Positions 53,056 through 64,000 of a stretch of DNA of 64,000 nt are shown here, in pieces (the stretch's first letter is position 1; every line of letters starts with the position of its first letter). The position numbers and the translations under genes were made by a program. A model generated the notes under the pieces. It had not been told where the DNA came from. It made no database searches and was given only the letters and a program-made list of their open reading frames with translations. The stretch is taken from assembly GCF_006345805.1 (NCBI RefSeq), contig NC_043002.1, positions 94,178,001 to 94,242,000 of the forward strand. Direction: 5' to 3'. The stretch is from Octopus sinensis (Eukaryota).

Positions 53056-53340
53056 GTATTTTTCTTTCTTTCTTCAAATTTTCTTCCGTTTCTCGCCGAG
53101 TGTTTTCCGTACACCTAGGACAGAGAAGCTCATTGTATGCATTCCCAGATTACACACGCAAATTCACAGGTAAAATATGTATTTAAAAAATTAATGAATA
53201 AATAAATTCATGAATGGATGTTGTTTTCACATCGATAATGCTCTTCTCAGTACATGAGCCGTTCCAGTTAAGACGATTTTTTGCACTTCTTGTAAGGATG
53301 GTAAGCCTGGTATCATTTTCAAATAGGTTTCAGTACCTTC
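53056..53340 (-). mobile_element. R4/Dong LINE extreme 3' fragment (third subfamily)
   Basis: Minus strand EGTETYLKMIPGLPSLQEVQKIVLTGTAHVLRRALSM* aligns with the C-terminus of 29591-30605; (AAT)n on both sides. Confidence 0.85.
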
Positions 53341-53360
53341 ATTATTATTATTATTATTAT

Positions 53361-53444
53361 TATTCAGGTCACTGCCTGGAATCGAACTCAGAATCTTGGG
53401 GTTAGTAGCCCGCGCTCTTAACCACTACACCATATGCCCGTGGG
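53361..53444 (-). mobile_element. tRNA-derived SINE head
   Basis: A-box TGGTGTAGTGG and B-box GAGTTCGATTCC at tRNA spacing; acceptor stem does not pair; runs directly into (AAT)n. Confidence 0.8.
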
Positions 53445-53646
53445 CTTTGTATGTTCTTGTTGGTCGTAATTATTCATGCCAGTATGTAATTCCTGACGAA
53501 GAATCAGAAGGACCGCTGCAATAAGTGTGTGAATCTGCAAGGGGAATAAATCTTTGTTGAATAAAATCCTCTTCTACTTTCATTTACCCAAAGCCAGGAA
53601 TTTTTCAGTACCCTCCCCTATACTCATACACATATATACATATATA

Positions 53647-54062
53647 GGATCTTTTCGGTTTGAACGGCAGTTTTTTCTAGCGGTGTCATATGAAATTGTC
53701 ACCCATAATTATGATCCTAGTATCGATCTATTGCATTTCAATCTATTTTAGAGTTAGGGTTAGGGGTGGGGGAAGGGTATCTTTTTTTCTTCACAAACGT
53801 AAATAAACCCAATCTGTTTCTTAAACGAGGGACATTTTCATACGGCACAGAATGTTTTTTTACCCCAATAGACGTATTTGATTGGTTGAAATTGCAGAAA
53901 TTGAAGAAAAAAAACAACAATATCTTAAAAACTATAGAATTTTCTCAATAAAGCAAAGAGAAAAAGATGTTTTATAAACACATTCTACAAGTATACGAAG
54001 TTTAATATTTTTTACTTACCTAGAAATTATGTTAAAAACTGCCGTTCAAACCGAAAAGATCC
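53647..54062 (-). mobile_element. Merlin-like MITE, copy 4
   Basis: Both TIRs intact; no TSD recognisable. Confidence 0.9.
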
Positions 54063-54194
54063 GAGTATTGTGTTTAGATGAGTTAAGATGAACTATCTTG
54101 CGGTTTTGTGAGTTTTATTGTCTGTCTGTTTGTCTGTCTGTGTACACACACCAGCACACTCATGTAGAGGTATATACATATATACACATATACA

Positions 54195-54410
54195 TATATA
54201 TATGTAGATAGGGAGAGTTTACGAAAAAAACAAAAGACGAAGACAGGTGGTGTACAAAACAAACAGATGTATTTGTATAACGCTCAGGAATAAAAAAAAG
54301 TCTTTTACGTTTCCAGCCTACGCTCTTCTACAGAAAGGGACACAGAAAAAACAAGAGAGAAAAAAAATGTGTGTAGTGGCTAACGATCTATGTGGATACA
54401 TGTATGTAGA
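54195..54410 (-). mobile_element. Non-coding repeat carrying a hammerhead-like motif
   Basis: Contains the motif at 54302-54337; A-rich architecture similar to 48175-48370. Confidence 0.5.
54302..54337 (-). ncRNA. Degenerate minimal type-I hammerhead ribozyme motif
   Basis: CUUU-CUGUAGA-A-GAGC-GUAG-GCUG-GAAA-CGU-A-AAAG; perfect stem I and ACGU stem III; A6>U and C11.1>G. Confidence 0.55.
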
Positions 54411-55153
54411 TACAAATTTTGGGGATGAAATATTAACTTAAGTAACAGAGGGAAAAAAATGAAAATGAAAATGCGAAAGAAAAGAACGTGTGACAAAATC
54501 GGAGAAAAACAGTTTTGTAAGAGAACACCAAAGAAAACGACTAAATACAAATCTGAAAGAAAGAAGCACGAGGAAAACCAATCTAAGAAAAACAAGAAAT
54601 CGAAGACCAATGTATGTAGTAAAGTGAGTAAAATAATTTTGAGTCCAAAAATATTCATCTTCTGGCCATAAACATATGAAATAATGGCCTTACAATATTG
54701 GCATTAACGCTCAGAAATGTAATAGCGAGTTGTTATCTTCCAATGTTTTTACGCTTATCTAAAGTATCGTCAATAAGTTGCGATTCCCCGCCTCAAACCT
54801 CAAAAAAAAAAAAAAAACCTCAAAAAAATCGATACTGACGGAAGTAACTTATATGTATTTATTTATTTTTTCTCAAACTTAGTTGTTCCTTCTTCTTTTC
54901 GCATTCTTTCCTTTTTACGTTTCTTCATTTGTTATTATTTTTTGTTTCCACCATTCGTTCATTGATTTTTTTATAATATTTTTTTTTTATTTTATACGTT
55001 CAAATATCTTTTCCTTGTACTTTCTGTTGCATTCTATTGCATCAGTATTTATCTCCTTCGCTCGTCACTAAACAAGTCGTTCTAAAAACAAACTATAAAT
55101 TTCTGGATATACACCAACTGGTTCATTTATTTATTTTATTTATTTATTTATTA

Positions 55154-55204
<51 letters not shown>

Positions 55205-55636
55205 TTGCATATAAAACTTTTCTTTCCTCAAAATTTACTTGCTGAATATAGTGCTTACAATTTCGTTGGCATTGAGTTTGCCATTATATTTATGAATCAT
55301 TCACTCAATCACTGACTCACTGGCTGATCGACTGATTGACCGACTGACAGACTGACCGACTCACTCACTCACTCACTCACTCACTCATTCATGCATGCAT
55401 GCATGCATACACGCGTACATAATACATACATACATACATACATACATACATACATACATACATACATACAGCATAATACATACATACATACATACATACA
55501 TACATACATGTGTATGCGCACACATACTGACCCACACAAATGCGCGCAAACAAACAGAAAGAACGCAGCTCGGATAACGGACAGAGGGCGCAACGAAAAT
55601 TTTAGGAAAAATAAATAAGTAAATGAGTGGAAAAAT

Positions 55637-55680
<44 letters not shown>

Positions 55681-55728
55681 GAATATATATATATATATGT
55701 ATATATTATATATAGTATATATATATAT

Positions 55729-55774
<46 letters not shown>

Positions 55775-55804
55775 TATATTATAATATATATATATATATT
55801 ATAT

Positions 55805-55861
<57 letters not shown>

Positions 55862-55876
55862 CACACACATATACAC

Positions 55877-56094
55877 GGCGAACTGGCAGAAACGTTAGCA
55901 CGCTGGGCGAAATGCGTAGCCGTATTTCGTCTGCCGTTACGTTCTGGGTTCAAATTACGTCGTGGTCGACTTTGCCTTTCATCCTTTCGGGGTCGATAAA
56001 TTAAGTACCAGTTACGCACTGGAAGTCGATGTAATTGACTTAATCCGTTTGTTTGTCCCCTCTGTGTTTAGCCCCTTGTGGGTAGTAAAGAAAT
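55877..56094 (+). mobile_element. SINE family A
   Basis: Near-consensus copy. Confidence 0.9.
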
Positions 56095-56159
56095 ATATAT
56101 ATATACATATACATACATACATGTACATACATACACACATATACACACACACACATATA

Positions 56160-56905
56160 TTCTTTTTTATTTATTTATTCTTTTACTTGTTCCAGCCATT
56201 TGGCTGCGGCCATGCTTTAGTCGAACAAATCGACCCTCATGACTTATTCCTTGTAAGCTTAGTACTTATGTTATCGGTCTCTTTTGCCGAACCGCTAAGT
56301 CACGGGGACGTAAACACACCAACGTCAGTTGTCAAGCGATGTTGGGTTAACAAGCACAAGCACACAAATACATACATACATATATATATATTATATACTA
56401 GCAGTATTGCCCGGCGATTCGTTTTTATATCTTGATTTTTTTTTATTTTTCATGCAATTTACGCATGCTTGCATGCGTGGTGAACACAGTTCACGTCAAA
56501 CAGCTGACTGAGTAAGGTTCACTATTCAATGCATGGTATAAGGCCTAAACAAACACATTATCGATTTTTGCATTTGCGAGATGGAATTCGGAACAGAAAT
56601 AGCGCAGTTCACTTTTCATTCGCCTAAACTTTAAGTGACCCATTTTTGGTGGTTCTACGATTTGTTGGCTAGGAGGAGCTGTGCCGGGAAGTTAAACACA
56701 CAGACACGCAGACAGATAACACACAGACACACAAGTTTAGTTTATATATATAGATACGACGCGCTTCTTTCAGTTTCCGTCTACCAAATCCACTCCCAAG
56801 GCTTTGGTCAGCCCGAGTTTATAATAGAAGACACTTGTCTAAGGTGTCACGCATTGGGACTGAACCTGGAGCCATGTGGTTGAGAAGCAAACTTCTTACT
56901 ACACA
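56160..56905 (-). mobile_element. SINE family B interrupted by a Helitron
   Basis: 3' half at 56160-56397 and 5' half at 56755-56905 are collinear with the copy at 15672. Confidence 0.85.
56398..56754 (-). mobile_element. Non-autonomous Helitron (357 bp)
   Basis: Minus strand A|TCTATATATATAAAC start, gccgggcaatactg-CTAG|T end. Confidence 0.8.
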
Positions 56906-56926
56906 GCCATTCCTGCGCATATATGT

Positions 56927-57014
<88 letters not shown>

Positions 57015-57019
57015 TAAAT

Positions 57020-57571
57020 ATGAGAAGGGTCAGTGGTTAGAGCGTCGGACTGACAGTTATGAGGTAGTGAGTTCAATTCCCGGATCAGGCTGTGTACTGT
57101 GTTCTTGAGCAAGATACTTTATTTCACGTTGCTCCAGTTCATTCCCCTGTAGAAGTGAGTTGCGACATCACTAGTACTAAGTCGTATCCGGCTTTGTCTT
57201 TCCCTGGGACAATGTCTATTTCTTTACTACCCACAAGGGGCTAAACACAGAGAGGACAAACAAGGACAGACAAACGGATTAAGTCGATTATATCGACCCC
57301 AGTGCGTAACTGGTACTTATTTAATCGACCCCGAAAGGATGAAAGGCAAAGTCGACTTCGGCGGAATTTGAACTCAGAACGTAACGGCAGACGAAATACG
57401 GCTACGCATTTCGCCCGGCGTGCTAACGTTTCTGCCAGCTCGTGGCCGGAGAGGGGAGGCTGGTATGTATAGGTGAATGCTAGTCTCCCATAAACAACCT
57501 TGCCCGGACTTGTGCCTCGGAGGGTAACTTTATAGGTGCAATCTCATGGTCATTCATAACCGAAAGGGGTC
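57020..57571 (+). mobile_element. SINE family C-like, interrupted by a family A SINE
   Basis: cagtggttagagcg A-box remnant, GAGTTCAATTCC B-box, gtgttcttgagcaagatac block; continues after 57442. Confidence 0.7.
57216..57442 (-). mobile_element. SINE family A, near-consensus
   Basis: Reverse-complement copy nearly identical to 12871-13104. Confidence 0.92.
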
Positions 57572-57584
57572 TAATATATATGTA

Positions 57585-57817
57585 CAGGGTTGGCCAAATG
57601 TCACCTGACAGTAAATCAAAACCATTTAATTCCAAGATTTATTTATGTTTAACAACTGAATGAATTTAATAAAAGCATCTAAATATGAAAGATCATGAAA
57701 ATTGTTCAAACTGAAGTCCTCCTTGAGCCACACAGTTTTGCCTTCGAGTCAATACAGAACTACAGATACTATTAATGGAATTTTGATTTACTGTCGAGTG
57801 ACTTTTGGCTATCCCTT
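57585..57817. mobile_element. Tc1/mariner-derived MITE (233 bp)
   Basis: 37-bp TIRs (31/37) beginning CAGGGTTGGCCAAA; TA at 57583-57584 and 57818-57819. Confidence 0.85.
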
Positions 57818-57829
57818 TATATATACTTT

Positions 57830-58410
57830 TACTCTTTTACACAGACCCATTTGTGCAGAGACAGTTCACCCCCAGCTGAGATCTATCTTGTCGACGTTCG
57901 GTTAGGGGCCCCATTCTCACAGATCGTCATCGACGGGCACGTTTACAGTGGGGTCAAAAACGTCAGAACTGGCGATGTCAGCAATGGTAGACTCTAGTCT
58001 TATCTGACGAAAGTCGATATTGCAGTTCTGTGGCAGATGGTAGAGCAAGAGTTTGGAGAAGAAGGTCATGCCGATGGATGTGAGGCGGCTGTGTGGTGGA
58101 GAGGAACTCATGAGGAATACAGAGCCTCATGTTATGGGGCGGGTATGGCCCAGTTGTCCTCCAAAACATCGGCCAAAGCCGGGGCAATGGAGTAACCGCT
58201 GTTCGCTACATCGACCAAGTGTTGAGGTCTCACATTGTGTCATAATTTGCCCGTCATCAGAATCACGTGCTCCAACACGACAATACCCATGCCCATACTG
58301 CCAGGTTGACAACAGACTTCCTCCAGCATCGCAACATCCAGACACTGCCATGGCCTGCCCTAAGTCCGCACTTGAACTTCATAGAGCACCTGTGGGACAC
58401 TCGTTCAAGG
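57830..58410 (+). mobile_element. Tc1-family DD34E transposase remnant
   Basis: GPILTDRHRRARLQW, RYIDQVLRSHIV, LQHDNTHAHTARLTTDFLQHRNIQTLPWPALSPHLNFIEHLWD. Confidence 0.88.
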
Positions 58411-58599
58411 CTGACAACTGCTGGCACAATTCACTGCAAGTTTTAACAGAGTGTGGGCTTCTACCTCCATGGCTTTCATTAATCGTCAAACATGTTTCAG
58501 GTAATGACATTTTATCATTAGGAAAGAACGGTTTCTTAATTAGCACTCTTCAATCAATGCTGTAGCAGTCTGTTAATAAACCGGTTTCTATTTAGTATG

Positions 58600-59063
58600 T
58601 GTGCAATGTTTCTTTTGTGGTTCAGTTTATATATACATACACCCTCACCCACACTCATATACATACACACACACGGTCACATATACACACATGTACATAC
58701 AAATATACTCACACACTCATACCTACATACACAAACACATATATACAAACAGCAACACCAACTTATTCACACATTTGTTATCTCGCTCCTCACATGCCAT
58801 CACATACCACACATACGCACACTCACACGCATGCGCACACACACACATATATCTACACACAACACACATGCCGTCACACAAACTCATACGTACACACACG
58901 CACGCCGGTGTACACGCTTATGGGCACATACTTCCACACACGCACACATACACGCACGTACACATACTTCCACACACACCACCTCATACACATTCATATG
59001 CACATACACACACACATATATACGCACACACACACGTACTCATACGCACATGCACGCACACAT
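58600..59063. repeat. Degenerate (CA)-rich low-complexity tract
   Basis: Direct reading; source of the HT-rich ORFs. Confidence 0.9.
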
Positions 59064-59242
59064 ACGAGAGGGAAGTCGGAAGAGTCGTTGAGAGTCCCTG
59101 GAAGTTATAGGATGTCATTGAGTTCGTCGAGAGTTTGTAGTTATTGGAGCATTGCGTTTAGTGGAGTAATTTGAAGTACGTCGTGTGAAGACAGTTGTGT
59201 GTATCCCCGCTTCGTGAAATCTAAATATCCAACGTATAAAAG

Positions 59243-59307
59243 TGGCGACGAGGATATCCACTTATAAAAGTGGCGACGAGGATATCCACTTATAAAGTGG
59301 CGACGAG
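59243..59307 (+). promoter_or_regulatory. Primer-binding site (tRNA-Ser GCU), triplicated
   Basis: TGGCGACGAGGAT at 59243 and 59271, TGGCGACGAG at 59298; complementary to the 3' end ...AUCCUCGUCG-CCA of metazoan tRNA-Ser(GCU), as recalled. Confidence 0.8.
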
Positions 59308-60601
59308 TGTATTTAAATTTAGTTATAACCCAGCGGAAAATATTACTTTTTCATCATATTTCCGAAGATATGTAGAAATTTCCAAAGAAGAATGCAAAAA
59401 TTGGAGGGAAAATGAAAAGGTACGGCTACTTTTAAGGAAATTATTCCCTGCCGAACTCGAAAAATACTCTTGACTACATTCTGATGAAAAAACCATTACT
59501 TCGATGGAACAATCAAATTGTTATCAAAGAAAAAAGAGAGAAGTTCCCTGTTCAATACCCGCTGAGAGTGTTTGAATTTAGTAAAAAGAGATGAGGATTT
59601 CGTCACCTATGCCGGAATCGTCAATCAAGGATGCGAAAAATTCAAGCTAGAAGAATCAACTCCGGACATGTTCAAATGTTTAATTTTTGTTCAAGGGTTA
59701 ACTGCAAGCAGATATGCAGAGATACGTGTCCGGATATTGACAAAATTAGAACAAGACCAGAATTTGACACTGCAAGAAATTAGGCCATGTAGATAGTCTA
59801 TCAAGACTGATTAAAAAAAAATGTGGAACCATTTGAAGATACTGTGATTGCCACTTTGCGAGTGGAAAATGAAATTTAAAAATGTTCTGTGTAACGTCAT
59901 TCGTTAACTACCAGTTATATTACCAGATATAAAATCAAAGTCGGAGAAATATAAATTCATTATAAAAAGGAAAGAAGCATTGAAGGCCAAAGAAAATAAA
60001 AATATGTGCAACACAAATGCGAACTATTTCTCGCTGTGTGACTTTGTGTCGGTATATGCTCAAAGAGTAGTAGTGCCGGCCGCATTACAAAAACGTGTAT
60101 TAAAGGATTTTATATTGGTGACCCAGGGATTTCGAGAATGAAATCACTTATGAGAAGTTACATATATTGGCTTACAATGGACCGTGACATTGAAGAATCG
60201 GTGAAATCCCGCAGAGGTTATATCCTTGCAGCCAAGTCACTAAAACACAACAGTCCATGGACCAGGCTTCATACAGGTTTTGCTGGGCCAGTAAGTAGCG
60301 CGTATTAAATGATAGTAATAGATAGTTGTACAAGGTGGCCTGAAATATGTAGATGCAGGAAACAAACCTCCACGGTAACAATAGAATTTCTTCATGAACT
60401 CTTTGCAAGATATGGTGGTTGCCCGGATACCATAGTATCCGATAACGGTACACAGTTTACGGCGTATGAGTTTAAAATGCTTTGTAAAATGTACGCATCT
60501 CTACTCCGCCATATCACCCAAGATCAAACAGACAAGCGGAACGGTTCGTGGATACATTTAAAAGAGCATTAAAGAAATCAAGAAACAAGCTAGTCGATGA
60601 G

Positions 60602-60877
60602 GGTTACGAGGGTCCAGGTGGGTGCTGGTGCCTAAGGGTGCGGTGCAGGGGTGGTGTAGTAAAAAAGAGGCATTGGGAGGAAGACAGTGGATTGGGGGGG
60701 TGCTATGAATTTATGATATTATAGTATTGTATACAAATTAAATATCAAATGATTCATAATATATATAAATTAGTAAAATATCAAATATTTATTTATACAT
60801 AAAAATAGGGGTGGGGTGCTGAGGGTATTATGTAGCCATGAGGGATACGGGGGCCCAAAAAGTTTAAGTACCTCTAG
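60602..60877. mobile_element. Insertion in the Gypsy integrase, one hAT-like end
   Basis: Interrupts DTFKRALKKSRNKLVDE | YRITPNPNT; right end aaaaagtttaagtacctcta resembles hAT termini; no left TIR or TSD seen. Confidence 0.4.
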
Positions 60878-61331
60878 TTTATAGGATAACACCAAACCCA
60901 AACACTTGTTCAGGTAAGTCGCCTGCAGAACTAATGTTTGCTCGAAAAATAAAGTCAATTTTTGACAAGCTGTTGCCAGTAAGGAAAACAAAATCAAATA
61001 GGGAAAACACTAAAAGTACGACAAAGAACTTTAATATCGATGACAAGGTGTTTTTCAAAATATATAAAAATCGAAGAGAAGTTTGGGAAGAAGGAGTAGA
61101 AAGAAAAAGAGTAGGCAAAATGACTTATATGATAAGAGGCGAAAAATAGGAAAACAAAAGACATGTAAACCAGCCAAAAAATGGATTTACGGAAAAAGAA
61201 AAGAGATACTCATGAAAGTGCTCTACGACACCTTTGATGTTCCAAAGCCACTTGAAGTCGAACCTAGGCTTAGCAGCAGGAGAGGAAACAAATAAAACGG
61301 TTGGAAGTAGTGCCTAAACAGAAGAGATATT

Positions 61332-61738
61332 GGATATTTTCGGTTTGAACGGCAGTTTTTAACATAATTTCTAGGTAACTAAAAAATTTTAACTTCGTAT
61401 ACTGGTAGAATGTGTTTATAAAACATCTTTTTCTCTTGGCTTTATTGAGAAAATTCTATAGTTTGTAAGATTTTTTTGTTCTTTTCTTCAATTTCTGCAA
61501 TTTCAACCAATCAGTGACGTCTATTGAGTTAAAAAGCATTCTGTACCCTATGAATATGTCCCTCGTTTAAGAAACAGTTTGGATTTATTTACATTTGTGA
61601 AGAAAAAAAGATACCCTTCCCCCACCCCTAACCATAAAAGAGATTGAAATGCAATAGATCGATACTAGGGTCATAATTATGGGTGACAATTTCATATGAC
61701 ACCGCTAGAAAAAACTGCCGTTCAAACCGAAAAGATCC
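61332..61738 (+). mobile_element. Merlin-like MITE, copy 5, nested in Gypsy
   Basis: TIRs GGATATTTTCGGTTTGAACGGC / GCCGTTCAAACCGAAAAGATCC; TSD not convincing. Confidence 0.9.
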
Positions 61739-61819
61739 GAAAATCTCAGAAAGGGAGATGTGGTGAAAGAAAAAAAAAATTTTTAACTTCCAACGGAAGT
61801 CAATCTCAAAAGGGGAAGA

Positions 61820-62070
61820 TGTTATGGCGAGAGTCATTGACACACCTGTGGAATTGGAAGAATGAACTAGTCGAACTCTTATAAAAAGTAGCGTATTGGT
61901 CGAGACGAGAGGGAAGTCGTAGGAGCCGTTGAGAGTTCGTGGAAGTAGTTGAGATCGTTGAGAGTTTGTATTTATTGGAGTATCCTGTTTAGTGGAGTAA
62001 TTTGAAGTACGTCGTGTGATGTCAATTGTTTGTATCCCCGCTTCGTGAAATCTCTATATCCAACGTATAG
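61820..62070 (+). repeat. Gypsy 3' LTR
   Basis: Starts TG immediately after the PPT; its 3' 170 bp align with 59064-59240. Confidence 0.85.
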
Positions 62071-63950
62071 AAAGATATAAAAACAATATCCATACTCACC
62101 ATACATACAAATATACAAATACACAGAGGTGCGTTTTTAGGTTTCCTTTTCGGAATTTATTCTCAGCTTCGCTTAAAATCCAGCTTAGCAGATATCTGAT
62201 TCCGTTTCTCTTTAGTTTAGGAGAATTAGATCACAGAAACAGTAATTAATTCTCTGTTACGACGGGAAATACACTCTGGTAGTACGTCACTATTAGATAG
62301 GCAGTACATAGTGGATTACTACTCTTTGAAGCCAAACCCTTCAAAAGCTAAAGGCATTTTAAAAGTAATTTAGTCAAAGGAGAACGGTTAGTTTTCATCG
62401 CTTTTGCAGGCAGTCTCAAACTGGCAAAATCAGAGTGTCCAATATTTATAAATAACCGAACGTTGAAAACAGTTCGCTCTTTCTATTATACTGGGTTTGT
62501 TATAACGAACAGTAGATTCCTTGGTATCCTATTATCAATATAGGTAGGTATGACCAGTTTGGATTGTGTTAGGTCATCATGCTGTCACTGGTATAGTCAT
62601 GTTGTCACTAACAATTAAACTTGCGGTTTTCAAGGTGGTGTACTGTGAGTGTTTCTATTTCTGCAGGAGATGAATACGGATTCGTAACAGCTTTCATGTG
62701 TGTTATCTGTTTACTTTTATGACCTTTCCTTGCTCGCTGCAAATCGACATAAATCGAAAGCCTTTTATATATAGTACAGTTTAACACAAAGTGTTCATAA
62801 AGAAATCGATATTTTCCAATCAATTCTTGTATGGAGAACTATTAGACACCGTTCACAAGACAGTGGGATCTTACTCCACTTCAAAGACAAACTGGAAGAA
62901 GATTCAAAGAAAATGCAGATCAGCGCCTTGTTTTAAGGTTCACAGTTCGAAACCATGGTTATTAGAAACACGCATTCTTCAGTAAATCACACATTTTGAG
63001 AAACAGAGGTCCTGTTTCATTGGCGAGGATCATATTCAGTATCATTCGTATTTCAATATTATTTGATATTACTCATATTTACACTTCATATGGCTTTCTG
63101 TTAAATTCAAGGGTTGTCATGTATCACCCAAGCCGTAGAGCATGATCCGAAGGGGATGGCCATTCCACCAATGTCACGTCTCAGATCATCCACCAACAGC
63201 AGATATTATCTCGGTATTTCACCAACTCACAAATACACACACAAACACGAACAACCCCCACCACAAAAACAGACACACAAAAACATACAGCACCAATACA
63301 CTTATGCACACACATGTACACGCACACACACACACAGAGAAACACATGTGCGTATATGTAAAGTAGACTATTCACATAACGATACTTCTAGGTTTTTCTT
63401 TAACTTTATTATATTATCGTATACTATCTTATTGCATTTATTTACTAGTTTGCTTGTCTTTTGCTTTTGTTTTCAGGAGTTAGTAAACAAGTATTTTTCA
63501 AATCCATTTATGAGTTTCGAGTCTCCATTATCATATAATCAGGATATCTTTCCATAGAATGACGGATGTTGTTGAGGCGAAAAGGTTCATATGCGCTAGC
63601 AGCGTTTTATTGTCTCTGATCCTGGAATGTCTAACAATTGATTCCAATGTGTAGGCTAAATAAATATTTATCCTTTATTCTTATCTCATATGCTAAGTTG
63701 TTTCAAGTCAATATATTGGAAAATCCCTGCGCTGGAAGCAGGTCAGGAACGAGTTCAAGGAAGTCGATATCCTTTCCAAAGAAGTACATATTGATTGTTA
63801 GAATGGCTGTGTGGTTAATAACGTTGTTTCGCAATCATGTGGCTTTGGGTTCGGTTCCGCTACGTATGAAATCGAGCAACTGATTTTATGTCATAGTTTT
63901 GAGTTAACATTGCCTTGTGAGTGAAATTAGTTCGTAATATATTCTGTTGT

Positions 63951-64000
63951 TAAGGCGGCGAGGTGGCAGAATCGTTAGCACCCCGGGCAAAATTTTTAGC
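63951..64000 (+). mobile_element. SINE family A head, cut by the window end
   Basis: taaggcggcgaggtggcagaatcgttagcaccccgggc. Confidence 0.8.

Larger units (their letters stand above)
59064..62070 (+). mobile_element. Gypsy/Ty3 LTR retrotransposon, internally deleted and degenerate
   Basis: Partial 5' LTR 59064-59240 matches the 3' LTR; PBS; gag FSYNPAENITF...KVRLLLRKL and FKCLIFVQGL; RNase H end LGHVDSLSRLI; integrase PGISRMKSLMRSYIYW and DTIVSDNGTQF; PPT at 61808-61819. Confidence 0.9.

Noticed and set aside
53361-53444. Possible functional tRNA gene (also heads at 9712 and 11597)
   Set aside because: Acceptor and anticodon stems do not pair properly and there is no T-run terminator; these are SINE heads.
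53639-54070. TSDs for MITE copies 4 and 5
   Set aside because: Flanks do not match (CATATATA vs GAGTATTG; GAGATATT vs GAAAATCT), so they were not counted as evidence.
59233-59307. 28-bp direct repeats as a possible CRISPR array
   Set aside because: Head-to-tail without spacers, no cas genes, eukaryotic context; explained as a duplicated PBS.
62775-62940. EIDIFQSILVW, reminiscent of a BACK-domain motif
   Set aside because: Single short resemblance, with an in-frame stop before a usable donor and no BTB exon nearby.

Overview
AT-rich, microsatellite-dense eukaryotic DNA, not prokaryotic: there are no operons or CRISPR arrays. The SINE/LINE families and simple-repeat content point to an octopod cephalopod (Octopus-like); this is inferred from recalled repeat families and was not checked by search. 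Most of the window is nested transposable-element debris: three tRNA-derived SINE families (called A, B, C here), five copies of a GG-ended MITE with 8-bp TSDs and TTAGGG-like repeats, a hAT MITE, Tc1/mariner remnants, several Helitrons, CR1-group, RTE, Tx1/L1 and R4/Dong non-LTR retrotransposons, and an internally deleted Gypsy element. No host gene could be named. Five phase-compatible candidate exons on the + strand are reported at low confidence. Almost all supplied ORFs are microsatellite translations or TE fragments. Most notable: three different repeat families each carry the same minimal type-I hammerhead-ribozyme architecture (48239, 52325, 54302). One appears to be the 3' half of a tRNA-headed SINE whose internal (AAT)n tract was hit by two TAA-targeting retroelements. 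TSD, TIR and hairpin coordinates were counted base by base; element ends without such anchors are approximate.
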